A stretch of DNA of 64,000 nt from Ilumatobacteraceae bacterium (GCA_043740085.1 JAYUCY010000094.1:2325-66324); one strand, 5' to 3'. Shown: positions 36,921 to 47,366, counted from the stretch's first letter. Notes: generated by a model from the sequence alone, not told the origin. Program-made: numbers and translations.

Positions 36921-37604
36921 CTAGAGATCGCGGTGGTACGGCAATCCGAGCGCATTGCAGTAGAGACGTGTCAGTTGTTCGGTTGCCTCGTCGAGGTCAT
37001 ACGGCTCGCCGAGCACGACCCACACGTACGCCGACCGATCGACCATCGACCCGAGCGCATTTGCCGCGTAGCGGGCATCGATCCGCTGATCGACAAGGCC
37101 GTTCTGCTGCCAGCGGCAGATCGACTCGGTGGCGCGGTCGACCCAGAACCGCCGCCTTTCCCGGCGAGCTTCGGCAAACCGCGGGTTGAACGTCGCGACC
37201 TGCTCGAGCACCGCCATCATGCGCCCGTTCGCCTGATACGCCCGGATGTACCTGCGGTTCGCGCGCTCGATCCGCTCCGACAGCTCTCCCGACACCGCCG
37301 GCTCGTCGTCGGCGACCCGCTGTAAGTCGCCGACCAGGCCGTCGACCACCTCCAAAAAAATCTCCTCCTTGGAGCTGAAGTAGGTGTAAAAGGTGCCATG
37401 TGCCACCCGGGCGCGCCGCGCGATGTGGTCGACGTTGACATCGATGTAGCCGCTCTTTTCGAACAACGCCCGAGCAGCCTTGACAAGTGCGGTCCGCGTA
37501 CGCGCCCCCCGTGCCGTGACAGGTGCCGTCGCCAGCGGCGGGGCGGTTGGACGCTTGGCTCTCGATAGCGGTGCGGCTTTGGTGTCCGTGGTCGTGGTGC
37601 CCAT
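36921..37604 (-). CDS. TetR/AcrR-family transcriptional regulator
   Basis: HTH VNVDHIARRARVAHGTFYTYFSSKEEIF. Confidence 0.9.
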   Translation of the reverse strand: MGTTTTDTKAAPLSRAKRPTAPPLATAPVTARGARTRTALVKAARALFEKSGYIDVNVDHIARRARVAHGTFYTYFSSKEEIFLEVVDGLVGDLQRVADDEPAVSGELSERIERANRRYIRAYQANGRMMAVLEQVATFNPRFAEARRERRRFWVDRATESICRWQQNGLVDQRIDARYAANALGSMVDRSAYVWVVLGEPYDLDEATEQLTRLYCNALGLPYHRDL

Positions 37605-37626
37605 GGCGTCAGTGTCTACACAAAAC

Positions 37627-37640
37627 TGACGTGCGCGTCA
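37627..37640. promoter_or_regulatory. palindromic operator candidate TGACGTGCGCGTCA (TetR / ligase divergent region)
   Basis: It lies 23 nt upstream of the TetR start codon, inside the 119-nt divergent intergenic region. It belongs to the same TGAC-N6-GTCA class as the sites at 47353 and 48457. Confidence 0.5.
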
Positions 37641-37723
37641 ACCCTCTTGCGGGTCGGGCTCGCCGTCGATACTGTGGAGACAGGCGGGCGTCGGGGACGC
37701 TCAGCCACCATCAGGGGGTCACG

Positions 37724-39280
37724 GTGACAGATCAGGACACACTCGGCGAGCCGATCGTCAAGCAGGGTAGGACGCCGCAGATCATGCCGTTCGACATGTC
37801 CGGGATCGTCCGCACCGAGGACGGCGTTCTCCGCTACGGAAACCTCCCGGGATCGCTGCTCGAAATGTTCCGCACCTCGGTGGACCGCACTCCCGATCGA
37901 GAGTGCATCGTCGTGCTCGGTGGCGAGCGCGTCACGTACCAGCAGGTGTGGGATCGTGCCGCACGTGTCGCCGGTGGGCTCGCCGCAGCTGGCGTCCGCC
38001 CTGGGGACCGCGTGGCGAACCGTCACGGCAACAGCCTCGACTGGTGCCTCGGGTTCTGGGGCACGCTCATGGCCGGCGCTGTGGTCGTGCCCGTGAACAC
38101 CCGCTTCTCCGAGTCTGAGGTCGACTACGTCGTCACCGACTCCGGCGCGTCGCACGTTCTGCTTCCCGACGAGCCGTTGCCCGACGGCGACCCGCTCGTC
38201 GTCGACGTGGAGCGCAACGCGTTGGCCGCGATCTTCTACACGAGCGGCACGACCGGCTTCCCGAAGGGTGCGATGACCACCCACGAGAACTTCCTCTCCA
38301 ACAGCGAGACCTGCCGACGAATCATGTCCCTGCCGACCGATACCCATCTCCGCAACCTCGTGTCGGTGCCGCTATTCCACGTGACGGGGTGCAACAGCCA
38401 GCTGATCGTTACCACGCAACTGGGCGGTACCACAGTCATCATGCCGGCGTTCGAGGTGCAGGCATTTCTCCGGGCAACCGTCGACGAGCAGATCAACATC
38501 CTCACGTCCGTCCCGGCGATCTTCTGGCTCGCCATGAGCCAGCCGAACTTCCCCGACTTCGACCTGAGCAACGTGCGCTTCGTCACCTACGGCGGTGCCC
38601 CCACTGCTCCGGATGTGGTCGCGCGGCTGCGGTCATCGTTCCCGAACGCCCGCCTCGGCAACGGCTTCGGTCTCACGGAGACGTCGTCGGTGTCGACGTT
38701 CCTCCCCGATGAGTACGCGGAGTTGCGTCCCGAGACGGTCGGCTTCACGGCGCCGCCCGTCGAGGTCGACCTCCATGACGTCGACCCCACCTCGGGGGTC
38801 GGCGAACTGTTGATCCGCGGCCAGAACGTCGTCACCGGCTACTGGAACAAGCCGGAGCAGACGACGCACACGTTCGTCGACGGGTGGCTCCACACCGGTG
38901 ACCTGGCCCGTGTGGACGACGACGGGTTCGTTCAGATCGTCGACCGCAAGAAGGACATGGTCAACCGCGGTGGCGAGAACGTCTACTGCGTGGAGGTGGA
39001 GAACGCGCTCGTCGAGCACCCGCAGGTGTTCGAGGTCGCGGTGCTCGGTGTGCCCGACGAGATGATGGGGGAAAAGGTTGGCGCAGTGGTCGTGCCCCGA
39101 CCTGGGACCGACCCTGATCCGCGCGAGATCCGCGCCTTCGTGAAGGCGCGGATCGCCGACTTCAAGGTGCCGCAGTTCATCGCGTTCCGCAAGGACCCGC
39201 TGCCGCGCAACGCTGGCGGCAAGGTGCTGAAGCCGGTGTTGCGAGAAGAAACCGAGTGGGGCGAGCAGCTCCGCGGCTGA
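37724..39280 (+). CDS. AMP-dependent acyl-CoA synthetase/ligase
   Basis: GTG start at 37724 preceded by AGGGGG. IFYTSGTTGFPKGAMTTHEN, LHTGDLARVDDDGFVQIVDRKKDMV and GKVLK motifs. Confidence 0.85.
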   Translation: MTDQDTLGEPIVKQGRTPQIMPFDMSGIVRTEDGVLRYGNLPGSLLEMFRTSVDRTPDRECIVVLGGERVTYQQVWDRAARVAGGLAAAGVRPGDRVANRHGNSLDWCLGFWGTLMAGAVVVPVNTRFSESEVDYVVTDSGASHVLLPDEPLPDGDPLVVDVERNALAAIFYTSGTTGFPKGAMTTHENFLSNSETCRRIMSLPTDTHLRNLVSVPLFHVTGCNSQLIVTTQLGGTTVIMPAFEVQAFLRATVDEQINILTSVPAIFWLAMSQPNFPDFDLSNVRFVTYGGAPTAPDVVARLRSSFPNARLGNGFGLTETSSVSTFLPDEYAELRPETVGFTAPPVEVDLHDVDPTSGVGELLIRGQNVVTGYWNKPEQTTHTFVDGWLHTGDLARVDDDGFVQIVDRKKDMVNRGGENVYCVEVENALVEHPQVFEVAVLGVPDEMMGEKVGAVVVPRPGTDPDPREIRAFVKARIADFKVPQFIAFRKDPLPRNAGGKVLKPVLREETEWGEQLRG

Positions 39281-39307
39281 CGCGAGAACTGCCGTGATGT
39301 CGAGGGG

Positions 39308-40966
39308 TTACGGGGACGGCTGGACGCGCAGCTCGCGGCGGAGGATCTTGCCGGTCACCGTCTTCGGCAACTCGTCGACGAACTCGATCGAGCGCGGGTA
39401 CTTGTAGGCCGACATCCGCTCCTTGCAGAATTTGATCAGCTCCGCCTCGTCGGTCTGCTCACCTGGCCGGAGGCTGACGAAGGCCTTGACTGTCTCTCCC
39501 CGGTACTCGTCGGGCACACCGACGACTGCGGCCTCGCGGACCGCGGGATGCTGGTAGAGCACGTCCTCGACCTCGCGCGGCCACACCTTGTAGCCGGCAG
39601 CGATGATCATGTCCTTCTTGCGGTCGACGACGTAGTACCAGCCTTCGGGATCCATGAAACCGACGTCACCGGTGTACAGGCTCCCGCCTGGCAACGCATG
39701 AGCTGTCTCCTCTGGCTTGTTCCAGTAGCCAGCGACGACCTGCGGACCGCTCGTCACGAACTCACCGATCTCGCCAACAGGTACGTCGACGCCCTGCTCG
39801 TCCACGACGCGGACGATCGTGTTGAAGATCGGCACGCCGACGGAGAGTGCGCCCGATGTCGGGTCTACCGGCGCACGCGCACCCATCGGTACCCCGTGTG
39901 AGGGTGAGGTCGTCTCGGTGAGGCCGTAGATGTTGTGGATGTACGCGCCCACCTCGCTCTCGAATCGCTCGACCATGGTCGGGGCGATCGGCGCACCACC
40001 GCTGTAGATCTTCGTCAGCGACGAGAGGTCGCGTCCCTTGCATGACGGGTCGTTCATCAGCGCGATGAACACAGTGATCGCACCGACCGTGAACGTGGGG
40101 CGGTAACGCTCGATCAGGTCGAGCACGGTCACAGGGTCGAAGCGGTACCCGAGCACGATCGGCATCGGCACCAAGAGCCCGACCGTGAGGTGGGCGATGA
40201 GGCCCGTGATGTGGAACAGCGGAGCGATGGCGAGTACGACGTCGTCGGGCGTGAGCGACATCCACGTCCGGTACGCCTCCGAGTTGAACACGACGTTGCG
40301 GTGCGTGTTCATCGCGCCCTTCGGCGGCCCGGTCGTTCCCGAGGTGTATGTGAGGAAGGCGACGTCGTCGGCGCTCAGCGACACCGCCGGCGGGCGCTGT
40401 CCGTCGTGCAGGGCGATCAGGTCGACCAGATCGAGCGTCGCGTCCTGTGCAGCCTTCACCGACCCCGCCAACATCGCAGGCCGCTCGTCGCCAAGGTAGT
40501 CGAGCTCGCTCGTGGTGATCACCGTGCGGACCCCTGGACACGCGGCCACGACGTCGCGGGCGACGTCGACGTACAACGACTCGAGCGTCACGAGTACGCA
40601 AGCACCGGAGTCCTCGAGCGCATAGGTGAGCTCGCGGCCCTTGTTCATCGGGTTGACCGGCACCACGACGCCACCGGCTTTCCACGTGGCGAGGACGCCG
40701 AGGACGAATTGCGGCACGTTCTGCATGTAGATCGCGACGCGGTCACCGCGAGCGAAACCGTGGTGGATGATCGCCGCTGCCAGCGCGTCGGAGGCCCGGT
40801 CGACCTCGGCGACCGTCATGGTGCGCCCGAAGAAGTGGACCAGCGGACTCTCCGGTGACGACGCGCACGAGTGACGGAACATGTCGAGCGCGTTGGCGAA
40901 GGGGATCTCGATGTCGGTCGGCGTCCCTGGCGGATATTGGCGTAACCACGGTCGCTGCTCGTACAT
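39308..40966 (-). CDS. long-chain fatty-acid-CoA ligase (FadD-like)
   Basis: LTYTSGTTGPPKGAMNTHRN, LYTGDVGFMDPEGWYYVVDRKKDMI and GKILRRELR motifs. Confidence 0.9.
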   Translation of the reverse strand: MYEQRPWLRQYPPGTPTDIEIPFANALDMFRHSCASSPESPLVHFFGRTMTVAEVDRASDALAAAIIHHGFARGDRVAIYMQNVPQFVLGVLATWKAGGVVVPVNPMNKGRELTYALEDSGACVLVTLESLYVDVARDVVAACPGVRTVITTSELDYLGDERPAMLAGSVKAAQDATLDLVDLIALHDGQRPPAVSLSADDVAFLTYTSGTTGPPKGAMNTHRNVVFNSEAYRTWMSLTPDDVVLAIAPLFHITGLIAHLTVGLLVPMPIVLGYRFDPVTVLDLIERYRPTFTVGAITVFIALMNDPSCKGRDLSSLTKIYSGGAPIAPTMVERFESEVGAYIHNIYGLTETTSPSHGVPMGARAPVDPTSGALSVGVPIFNTIVRVVDEQGVDVPVGEIGEFVTSGPQVVAGYWNKPEETAHALPGGSLYTGDVGFMDPEGWYYVVDRKKDMIIAAGYKVWPREVEDVLYQHPAVREAAVVGVPDEYRGETVKAFVSLRPGEQTDEAELIKFCKERMSAYKYPRSIEFVDELPKTVTGKILRRELRVQPSP

Positions 40967-40996
40967 GAGATCCCCTCCTCGGTGTTGTGTGTGGAC

Positions 40997-41965
40997 TTAC
41001 TTGATCACGACAGGGTTGACCGGCGCGCCGGTCGCGTTGACGACCTTCAACGGCGCCGCCACGTACAGGAACGTCCACTGACCGTCGGCGGCACAGTCGT
41101 CGGCCAGGTCGTCGAGCCACGCGATTTCGGTGAGCGTGACACCGAGGTTGCGCATCAGCGCATTGTGCAATGGCAGAGTGACGCCCGACACCGGATCGGT
41201 CGTGACCTCGTTGGCGATGGTGTCCGTGACGAGGTTCGGGATCTCCATGTCGTGGAACCACTGGACGAGCTCATTGCTGTGGGTGAGGCCCGGCTCGACG
41301 AAGTTGCCGTAGAACTCCTCACGGCTGACTTTGTAGAACTTGCCGATCCACCCCGTGCGGATGACGAGGATGTCGCGCGGTTGGATCTCGGTCCCCTGAG
41401 CCTTTGCGCAGGCCATCAGGTCCTCGTGGGTGAACGTCTCCCCGACGTCGAGGACGTCCTTGCCCCGGAACCGTGCCATGTCGAGCAGGATTCCACGCCC
41501 GACCACGCCCTTTACTGCGATCGCCATGACGCTCGCCTTCGCGAGGCCGCCGTTGGTGGTGCTCGCGTCGTATCCGTTCCAGATCTGGTCGTCGTACCAG
41601 ACGTGGCCGAGTGCGTCGTACTGGGTGCTCCCCTGCAGGAAGCAGGTCATGAAGTCGTCCGCATAGTGCGCCCCACCGGAGAACGCGGGACCTTTGCCGG
41701 CGGCGTACATCCCCTCGTCCATCACCATGGTGCGCACCGCGCCGGTACGGCCTGGCCAGACCGGGTCACCCTCTGGATTGGCCATCTTGACCTGGAGGGT
41801 GAAGACCTTGCCCTGCTTGATCGAGCCAGCGGCCGCAAGGATGACGTCGGCCGTGAGGTAGTTGAGGCAGCCGACCTCGTCGTCGGGCCCCCACTTACCC
41901 CAGTTCTTGGGCGAGTCCTTCAACAGCTCCTTGACGCTGATCTGTTCCTTGTCCGTAGCGGTCAT
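40997..41965 (-). CDS. cyclase-family protein (kynurenine-formamidase-like fold)
   Basis: NWGKWGPDDEVGCLNY and STQYDALGHVWYDDQIWNGY. Paralogous to 48515..49456. Confidence 0.7.
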   Translation of the reverse strand: MTATDKEQISVKELLKDSPKNWGKWGPDDEVGCLNYLTADVILAAAGSIKQGKVFTLQVKMANPEGDPVWPGRTGAVRTMVMDEGMYAAGKGPAFSGGAHYADDFMTCFLQGSTQYDALGHVWYDDQIWNGYDASTTNGGLAKASVMAIAVKGVVGRGILLDMARFRGKDVLDVGETFTHEDLMACAKAQGTEIQPRDILVIRTGWIGKFYKVSREEFYGNFVEPGLTHSNELVQWFHDMEIPNLVTDTIANEVTTDPVSGVTLPLHNALMRNLGVTLTEIAWLDDLADDCAADGQWTFLYVAAPLKVVNATGAPVNPVVIK

Positions 41966-41980
41966 GATGTTCTCCTTGGC

Positions 41981-42253
41981 TCATTGATGGGTTGACTGAG
42001 GGATACTGAGTTCGTTCAGGGTTCCGGGACGGAGGCCGGGCTGGCTGTCCTGGAGTCGGCGAGGTCGGCCATGTGTGTGCCGTTGAGGTAGTACCGACGG
42101 CCCACGCGGGGTGAACAAGATGTCGTCGCCGTTCCGGATGAACCAGATCGGCAACACCGACGCATACCCGTCGCTGTCGATTGTGCCGATCCGCAACAGA
42201 TGCCCGGGCTCGTCGAGGAACTGAACAATCTCGGTGGTGGTGAACTTCGGCAT
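41981..42253 (-). CDS. pyridoxamine 5-prime-phosphate oxidase-family protein, probably truncated
   Basis: MPKFTTTEIVQFLDEPGHLLRIGTIDSDGYASVLPIWFIRNGDDILFTPRG is a typical PPOX N-terminal half. The last ~35 codons look non-native, and family members are usually 130-150 aa. Confidence 0.4.
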   Translation of the reverse strand: MPKFTTTEIVQFLDEPGHLLRIGTIDSDGYASVLPIWFIRNGDDILFTPRGPSVLPQRHTHGRPRRLQDSQPGLRPGTLNELSIPQSTHQ

Positions 42254-43053
42254 CAGAACAGGTCCCAGTAGCTGTCGCGGGCGCGCATCTGCCCGACCGT
42301 CTCTTCGACGATCACGCGTCCGGAACGCATGACGTAGACGCGATCGACGATCCGCAGCGCCTGGCCGACGTTCTGCTCGAGGAGGAGCACCGCCAGTCCT
42401 TCCTCATCGGCCAACCGGCGCACCGTGTCGAAGATCTGCTGGACGACCGACGGGGCAAGGCCGAGGGAGGGCTCATCGAGCATCAACAGCTTCGGGCTGG
42501 CCATCAGCGCCATGCCGAGGCTGACCATCCGCTGCTGGCCACCCGACATCGTTCCTGCAAGCTGCGCGTCGCGTTCGACGAGAATCGGGAAGAGGCGCTG
42601 GACAAGCTCCATCCGTTTCGCCCGACGATCCTGGTCAGGGTCGTTCTCGGCTCCGAGGAGCAGGTTGTCGCGCACGGAGAGGTCGGCGAACACGAATCGC
42701 TCGGACGGGATCATCGCCATACCGGCCTTCACGTTGTGGCGTGAGCCGGATCGCGTGACGTCGGCGCCGTTGAACCGAACCTGCCCACCAAGGGCACGGT
42801 TGATCCCCAGGATGGTGCGGATCGTCGTGCTCTTCCCACTGCCGTTGTGACCGAGCACGCCGACGATCTCACCTTCGTCCACGTGGAGATCCACCTCGAA
42901 CACGACCTGCTTGCGGCCGTATCCGGCTTGCAGGCGCTCCAGGGTGAGCAGCCGACGGTCGGGGGTCGCTTCTGCGACGAGCGCGTCGCTCTTGGGCTCA
43001 TGCTGTTCCAAAGTACGCCTCCGCCAATCGGGGGGTGTTCGTGAGCTCGGCAA
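42253..43053 (-). CDS. branched-chain-amino-acid-type ABC transporter ATP-binding protein (LivF-like)
   Basis: GVLGHNGSGKSTT Walker A, LSGGQQRM signature and LLMLDEPS Walker B. The ATG at 43053 overlaps the upstream gene by 56 nt. A TTG near 43011 is an alternative start. Confidence 0.85.
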   Translation of the reverse strand: MPSSRTPPDWRRRTLEQHEPKSDALVAEATPDRRLLTLERLQAGYGRKQVVFEVDLHVDEGEIVGVLGHNGSGKSTTIRTILGINRALGGQVRFNGADVTRSGSRHNVKAGMAMIPSERFVFADLSVRDNLLLGAENDPDQDRRAKRMELVQRLFPILVERDAQLAGTMSGGQQRMVSLGMALMASPKLLMLDEPSLGLAPSVVQQIFDTVRRLADEEGLAVLLLEQNVGQALRIVDRVYVMRSGRVIVEETVGQMRARDSYWDLF

Positions 43054-44785
43054 CCGTCCCCTGGGCCGTGATCCGCCCCAGCTCCATGAAGTACGTGTGG
43101 TCGGCGAGGCGACGCACGACGTGCAGGTTGTGCTCGACGATGCACACCGTGCGGCCCTGCTCGCGCACCGCCGCGATGAGGTCGAGCATTGTGTCGACCC
43201 ACTTCGTGTCGATGCCGGAAGCCGGTTCGTCGAGCAGGATCACCTCGGCCTCGGTGGCGAGGACGCGGGCAAGCGAGACCAGCTTCGTCTGCCCGTAGGA
43301 CAGCGCGCCGGCGGGCACATCGGCGAACTCACCCATGCCGACGAAGGCCAGCCACTCCATCGCCTTCTCGCGCGTTCGCTCCTCGATCCGCTTCACCTGG
43401 CGATGGTTGAACGCGAGTGTCGCAAAGTTCTCGCCCGCCTGGTTCTGCACGGCCATCATGACGTTCTGCAGGCACGACAGCCGGCTGAAGAGCCGTACAT
43501 CCTGGAAAGAACGCACGAGACCGAGACGCGCAACCTTGGCAGGAGTAAGGCCCACGAGCTCTTGACCGTTCAACTTCACAGACCCCGCATCGGGCGTGAT
43601 GAAACCTGTGAGGAGGTTGAACACGGTGGTCTTCCCCGCGCCATTCGGCCCGACGAGAGCGGTGATCGTGCCGCGCCGGAGCTCGATCTGCAGATCCTCT
43701 GCGGCGATGATCCCACCGAACCGTTTGCTCACGCCCACGGTCTGCAGCACCACCGGCGCCTCGTGCCACCGCCGTTCGGTGTCTCTCTCGCGCCTGTCCT
43801 CGGCTTCGTCGCTGAGGCCGGCGCCCGGTTGATGGACCTCGATGCGCGGCTGCGGCGTCCAGCCTTCCACCATCTCGACGCGCTTGCCCGTGCCGCGCTG
43901 CCCGCGGAGCCATCGCCAAGGCGAGAAGCCCTCCGGGAGTGCTCCCTGCGGGCGGACCCTCATCAGCACGACCAGCGCGACGCCGTAGATGATGAGCTGG
44001 ACGACGCTCGCTCGCGCTGCATCCATGTCGACCGCGCGCTTCAGCAGCGGGTCGAGGAGGACGACGATGGTCGCGCCGAGGATGCTGCCGGGTAGGTTGC
44101 CCATCCCACCGAAGATCACGATCGCGAACACGGTCAACGAGAAGGCAAAGCCGAAGACGCCCGGCGTCGCCAGCCGAAGCCATGCAGAGATGAAACCCCC
44201 GGCGAGGGCGGCGAGCGCCGACGTCGTCCCGAAGACGGCGACCTTGTAGCCGAGCACGTTCTTGCCGAGTGCCTGGGTGGAGATCGGGTCCTCGCGGATT
44301 CCCTTCAGCACCCGACCCGTCGGCGACTCACCAATCCGCCTGCAGATGAAATAGACCACGAGCATCACTACGAGCGACGGGATCACCCAATCGCGTGGCC
44401 GGAGCAGGTGCCAGCCGAAGATGTCGGCCGCAGGCAGATTGATCAGCCCGTAGGAACCGCCCATCGACGGCGTCGCGATGAGCAGGCCGAGGATCACCGA
44501 CGACACCGCGAGCGTCAGCAGGATCAGGTACTCGACGCTGAGCTTCAGCGCGGGCAGGGCCACGACGCTGCCCACCACGAACGCGATGACCATGCCGATC
44601 GCAGAGCCGAGGAGGAAGTTCCAATGGTGATTGAGAGTGATGTAGCCCATCGCGTATCCGCCGATCGCGCCGAAGGACGCGTGTGCAACGGAAACCTGTC
44701 CCGCGTAGCCGAGCAGCAGGTTCAGTGAGAGCGCCAAGGTGGCGTAGAGCAGGATCTGGTCGAGGTAGTTGAGCCACAGGTCCAT
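42998..44785 (-). CDS. fused LivM-like permease / LivG-like ATPase
   Basis: The N-terminal ~330 aa are polytopic (MDLWLNYLDQILLYATLALSLNLLLGYAGQVSVAHASFG). The C-terminal half carries LVGPNGAGKTTVFN, LSYGQTKL and ILLDEPASG. Confidence 0.85.
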   Translation of the reverse strand: MDLWLNYLDQILLYATLALSLNLLLGYAGQVSVAHASFGAIGGYAMGYITLNHHWNFLLGSAIGMVIAFVVGSVVALPALKLSVEYLILLTLAVSSVILGLLIATPSMGGSYGLINLPAADIFGWHLLRPRDWVIPSLVVMLVVYFICRRIGESPTGRVLKGIREDPISTQALGKNVLGYKVAVFGTTSALAALAGGFISAWLRLATPGVFGFAFSLTVFAIVIFGGMGNLPGSILGATIVVLLDPLLKRAVDMDAARASVVQLIIYGVALVVLMRVRPQGALPEGFSPWRWLRGQRGTGKRVEMVEGWTPQPRIEVHQPGAGLSDEAEDRRERDTERRWHEAPVVLQTVGVSKRFGGIIAAEDLQIELRRGTITALVGPNGAGKTTVFNLLTGFITPDAGSVKLNGQELVGLTPAKVARLGLVRSFQDVRLFSRLSCLQNVMMAVQNQAGENFATLAFNHRQVKRIEERTREKAMEWLAFVGMGEFADVPAGALSYGQTKLVSLARVLATEAEVILLDEPASGIDTKWVDTMLDLIAAVREQGRTVCIVEHNLHVVRRLADHTYFMELGRITAQGTVAELTNTPRLAEAYFGTA

Positions 44786-44789
44786 CGGG

Positions 44790-45713
44790 TCAGACCGCCG
44801 TCAGACGCGGACGGCGCACGCGCGCTCTGAAGGAGCTCGATTTCACCGCGAGCACGGTCAGGTACCCGACCAGCACCACGAACACCGCTGTCTGCGTCCA
44901 GCGCACCGACAGCCAGATCGACGAGTACTGCTCGATGAGGGCGACGACAATGCCGGTGACGAACACCCGGACCGGCGAGCTGGCCGTGCCGGCCAGGAAT
45001 GCGACGACGAAGGCATAGATCACGGGCGATGCCCCCATCGCGGGGTCAACGGTGAATTTGAGGGCGTACCAGAACGCGGCGACGCCGGCGCAGATGGTGC
45101 CGAGAAAGAAGCAGACGAGGTACGTCGTGTCCGCGTTGATCCCGATGGTGCGGGCGAGGTCGGGGTTCACTCGGGTCGCCTTGATCCGCCGGCCGAGCGC
45201 CGAGTAGCGCAGCATCAGGGCGAGCAGGGAGGTGATCACGATCGCGCTGATCGCCTGCCACACGTCGAAGTTGACGAAGATGGTGTCCCATAGGTGGTAT
45301 GGCTTCTTCACAGGGCCGTAGAACGACTGGGTCTGCGACCCCCAGAAGAGCGCAATGATGTTGACGCCGGCGATGGCGAGGCCGAGCGCGGCGACGAACA
45401 CCGCAAGCAGCGCAGTCGGACCCGCGTTGGCCGCCAGCGGGCGGTAGACGACTCGCTCGATGAGGGTGCCGATCACGGCTGCGACCAGTACGCCGAGGAT
45501 CGCCGACGGCCAGAACGGCAGATCGACGCGAAACGTGAACGTGAACGCGAGGTACGCAGCCAGCGTGTAGGTGAACCCGTATGCGAAGTGGAAGCGGCCG
45601 GTGACGCCGAGGATCAGCGCGAAGCCGACACCGAGCAGCCCGAAACTGCAGCCGCGGAAGAAACCGTCGACAGTCAACTGACGCAACGTCTGGAAGTCGA
45701 CGGCGATGAGCAT
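44790..45713 (-). CDS. branched-chain-amino-acid-type ABC transporter permease (LivH-like)
   Basis: 307 aa, polytopic. GLLGVGFALILGVTGRFHFAYG is typical of LivH. Confidence 0.85.
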   Translation of the reverse strand: MLIAVDFQTLRQLTVDGFFRGCSFGLLGVGFALILGVTGRFHFAYGFTYTLAAYLAFTFTFRVDLPFWPSAILGVLVAAVIGTLIERVVYRPLAANAGPTALLAVFVAALGLAIAGVNIIALFWGSQTQSFYGPVKKPYHLWDTIFVNFDVWQAISAIVITSLLALMLRYSALGRRIKATRVNPDLARTIGINADTTYLVCFFLGTICAGVAAFWYALKFTVDPAMGASPVIYAFVVAFLAGTASSPVRVFVTGIVVALIEQYSSIWLSVRWTQTAVFVVLVGYLTVLAVKSSSFRARVRRPRLTAV

Positions 45714-45795
45714 GTATTTCCTTTTCTCGGATGTGGGATCGAGCGGGACAAGTGAGCACGCGGAGGGGTCCGGTTGGACCCCTCCGCGAAACGGA

Positions 45796-47157
45796 TCAGA
45801 CCTTGCTGTAGTCCTCGCCGTTGATGCCGAAGAATGCCTTCGGTGTCACCACGCCGTCCTTGTACTCGAACACCCCCATGTTCCGCTTGAGCACGGAGTG
45901 GGTCGTCTCGTCGAGGGTGGAGGTCCCGAGGGTACTGTCGTCGCCGCCATACACCGAGACGACCGTAAGGTTCGATCGCAGGGCTGCATCAAGGGTGTCG
46001 CCGGTGATCTCGCCACCGTCTTTCAGCACTCGCCGCATGAGCTCCCACATCACGAACGCGTTCTCGTAGAAGTTCGCTGCGTAGAAGTCGGGCAACTCGC
46101 CGAACTCCTTCTCGAACTCGGCGACGAAGTGCTTCGCAAGCGGGCTGACCGGCTTCGCGGAGTCGAAGTAGTCGTACGCGAACGTGTAGCCGTCACGGTC
46201 GTATGCGCCCTTCGACGCCTTGAGCCCGTCGGGGGTGAACTCGGAACCGATCTGGATCGCCTTGATGCCGGCTGTCGACGCCTGGTCCGCGAAGGACCCC
46301 GGGTCCTGGCCGTAGATGCTGACGAGCAGGATGTCCGGCTCGTTGGCCTTGATCTTCGGCATGACCTGAGAGAAGTCCTGGCCGCCGATGGGAACGAGCT
46401 CGTACAGGCCGTTGTGCTCGTAGCCGCCGGCGGCCAACTTCTTGAGGATGTCTTCCTTGATGATGCCGTTGGCAGGTTCGCCGATGTCCCACCCGACGAA
46501 TCCGACCGTCTTCGCATCTGGCGCGGTTTCCTTCAGATACCGGAACAGGCCCGGCATCGGGTCGTTCGGAGTGATCGCGCGGGTTCCCCAGAAGTACGGC
46601 TGGCCCTGACCGAAGATGCTCGTGCCCCCGCCTCCGTCGAGCGTGAACACCTTGTACTGCGCCGTGCCCGCCAGCATCGCACCGAGGTCGTCGACGTACG
46701 AGGCGAACTTCGCCACCACTCCCTTCGCGCCCATTTCGGTGATCGCGGCCACCCCCGCGGGTGCATCGCCCGACTTGTGGTCGAAGTAGAGGTAGTTGAA
46801 CTTTGGGCCGCCCAAAGCCTCGATGTGCTTCGCGGCGAGGTCGAGCCCGCGGCTCATCGTCTTGCCGTAGAAGGAGCCCGTGCCGGTGAGGGCGAGCACG
46901 GCACCCAGGTCGATCGAGAGCCCCTTGCCGGAGCTCGCCGGATCGACGCCGAGCAGCGCGACGAGGTCACTCGTGGCGGAGGCACCTACGGTCGTGTCGG
47001 CTGCGGCATTGGTGGCGGGCGTCTTGCTGCTGCCTTTGTCGCTGCCGCACGCGGCGAGGAGTGCAGCGGCACCCATTGCTCCTGTCGCGCCGAGCAACAG
47101 TGTGCGGCGCGTGACGCGCCCTTCGTGCACGATACCGAACTTGTCGGAATTGGTCAT
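45796..47157 (-). CDS. ABC transporter substrate-binding lipoprotein (LivK / type-1 PBP-like)
   Basis: Tat-like RRTLLLGATGAMGAAALLAACGS signal with lipobox. 453 aa. Confidence 0.8.
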   Translation of the reverse strand: MTNSDKFGIVHEGRVTRRTLLLGATGAMGAAALLAACGSDKGSSKTPATNAAADTTVGASATSDLVALLGVDPASSGKGLSIDLGAVLALTGTGSFYGKTMSRGLDLAAKHIEALGGPKFNYLYFDHKSGDAPAGVAAITEMGAKGVVAKFASYVDDLGAMLAGTAQYKVFTLDGGGGTSIFGQGQPYFWGTRAITPNDPMPGLFRYLKETAPDAKTVGFVGWDIGEPANGIIKEDILKKLAAGGYEHNGLYELVPIGGQDFSQVMPKIKANEPDILLVSIYGQDPGSFADQASTAGIKAIQIGSEFTPDGLKASKGAYDRDGYTFAYDYFDSAKPVSPLAKHFVAEFEKEFGELPDFYAANFYENAFVMWELMRRVLKDGGEITGDTLDAALRSNLTVVSVYGGDDSTLGTSTLDETTHSVLKRNMGVFEYKDGVVTPKAFFGINGEDYSKV

Positions 47158-47352
47158 TTCCTGTTTCTCCCTCTCGGTGGTGGATTGGGAGACCCTCGTT
47201 CAGTCCGAAAAGCTCCGACGCGGACAGAGTCCACCCGCTACCAAGCCGTGCTCAAACGTCCCTGCAGACCCCCTGGCGAACGGCCGAAATCCTTCGAACC
47301 GGTCGCCTATTCGGACCATACACAAGCGACTCGTCGAAGGCAAGAGATTTGT

Positions 47353-47366
47353 TGACGAGCACGTCA
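47353..47366. promoter_or_regulatory. palindromic operator candidate TGACGAGCACGTCA
   Basis: Read on the minus strand it is TGACGTGCTCGTCA, matching the 37627 site at 13 of 14 positions. It lies 196 nt upstream of the ABC substrate-binding gene. Confidence 0.45.
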
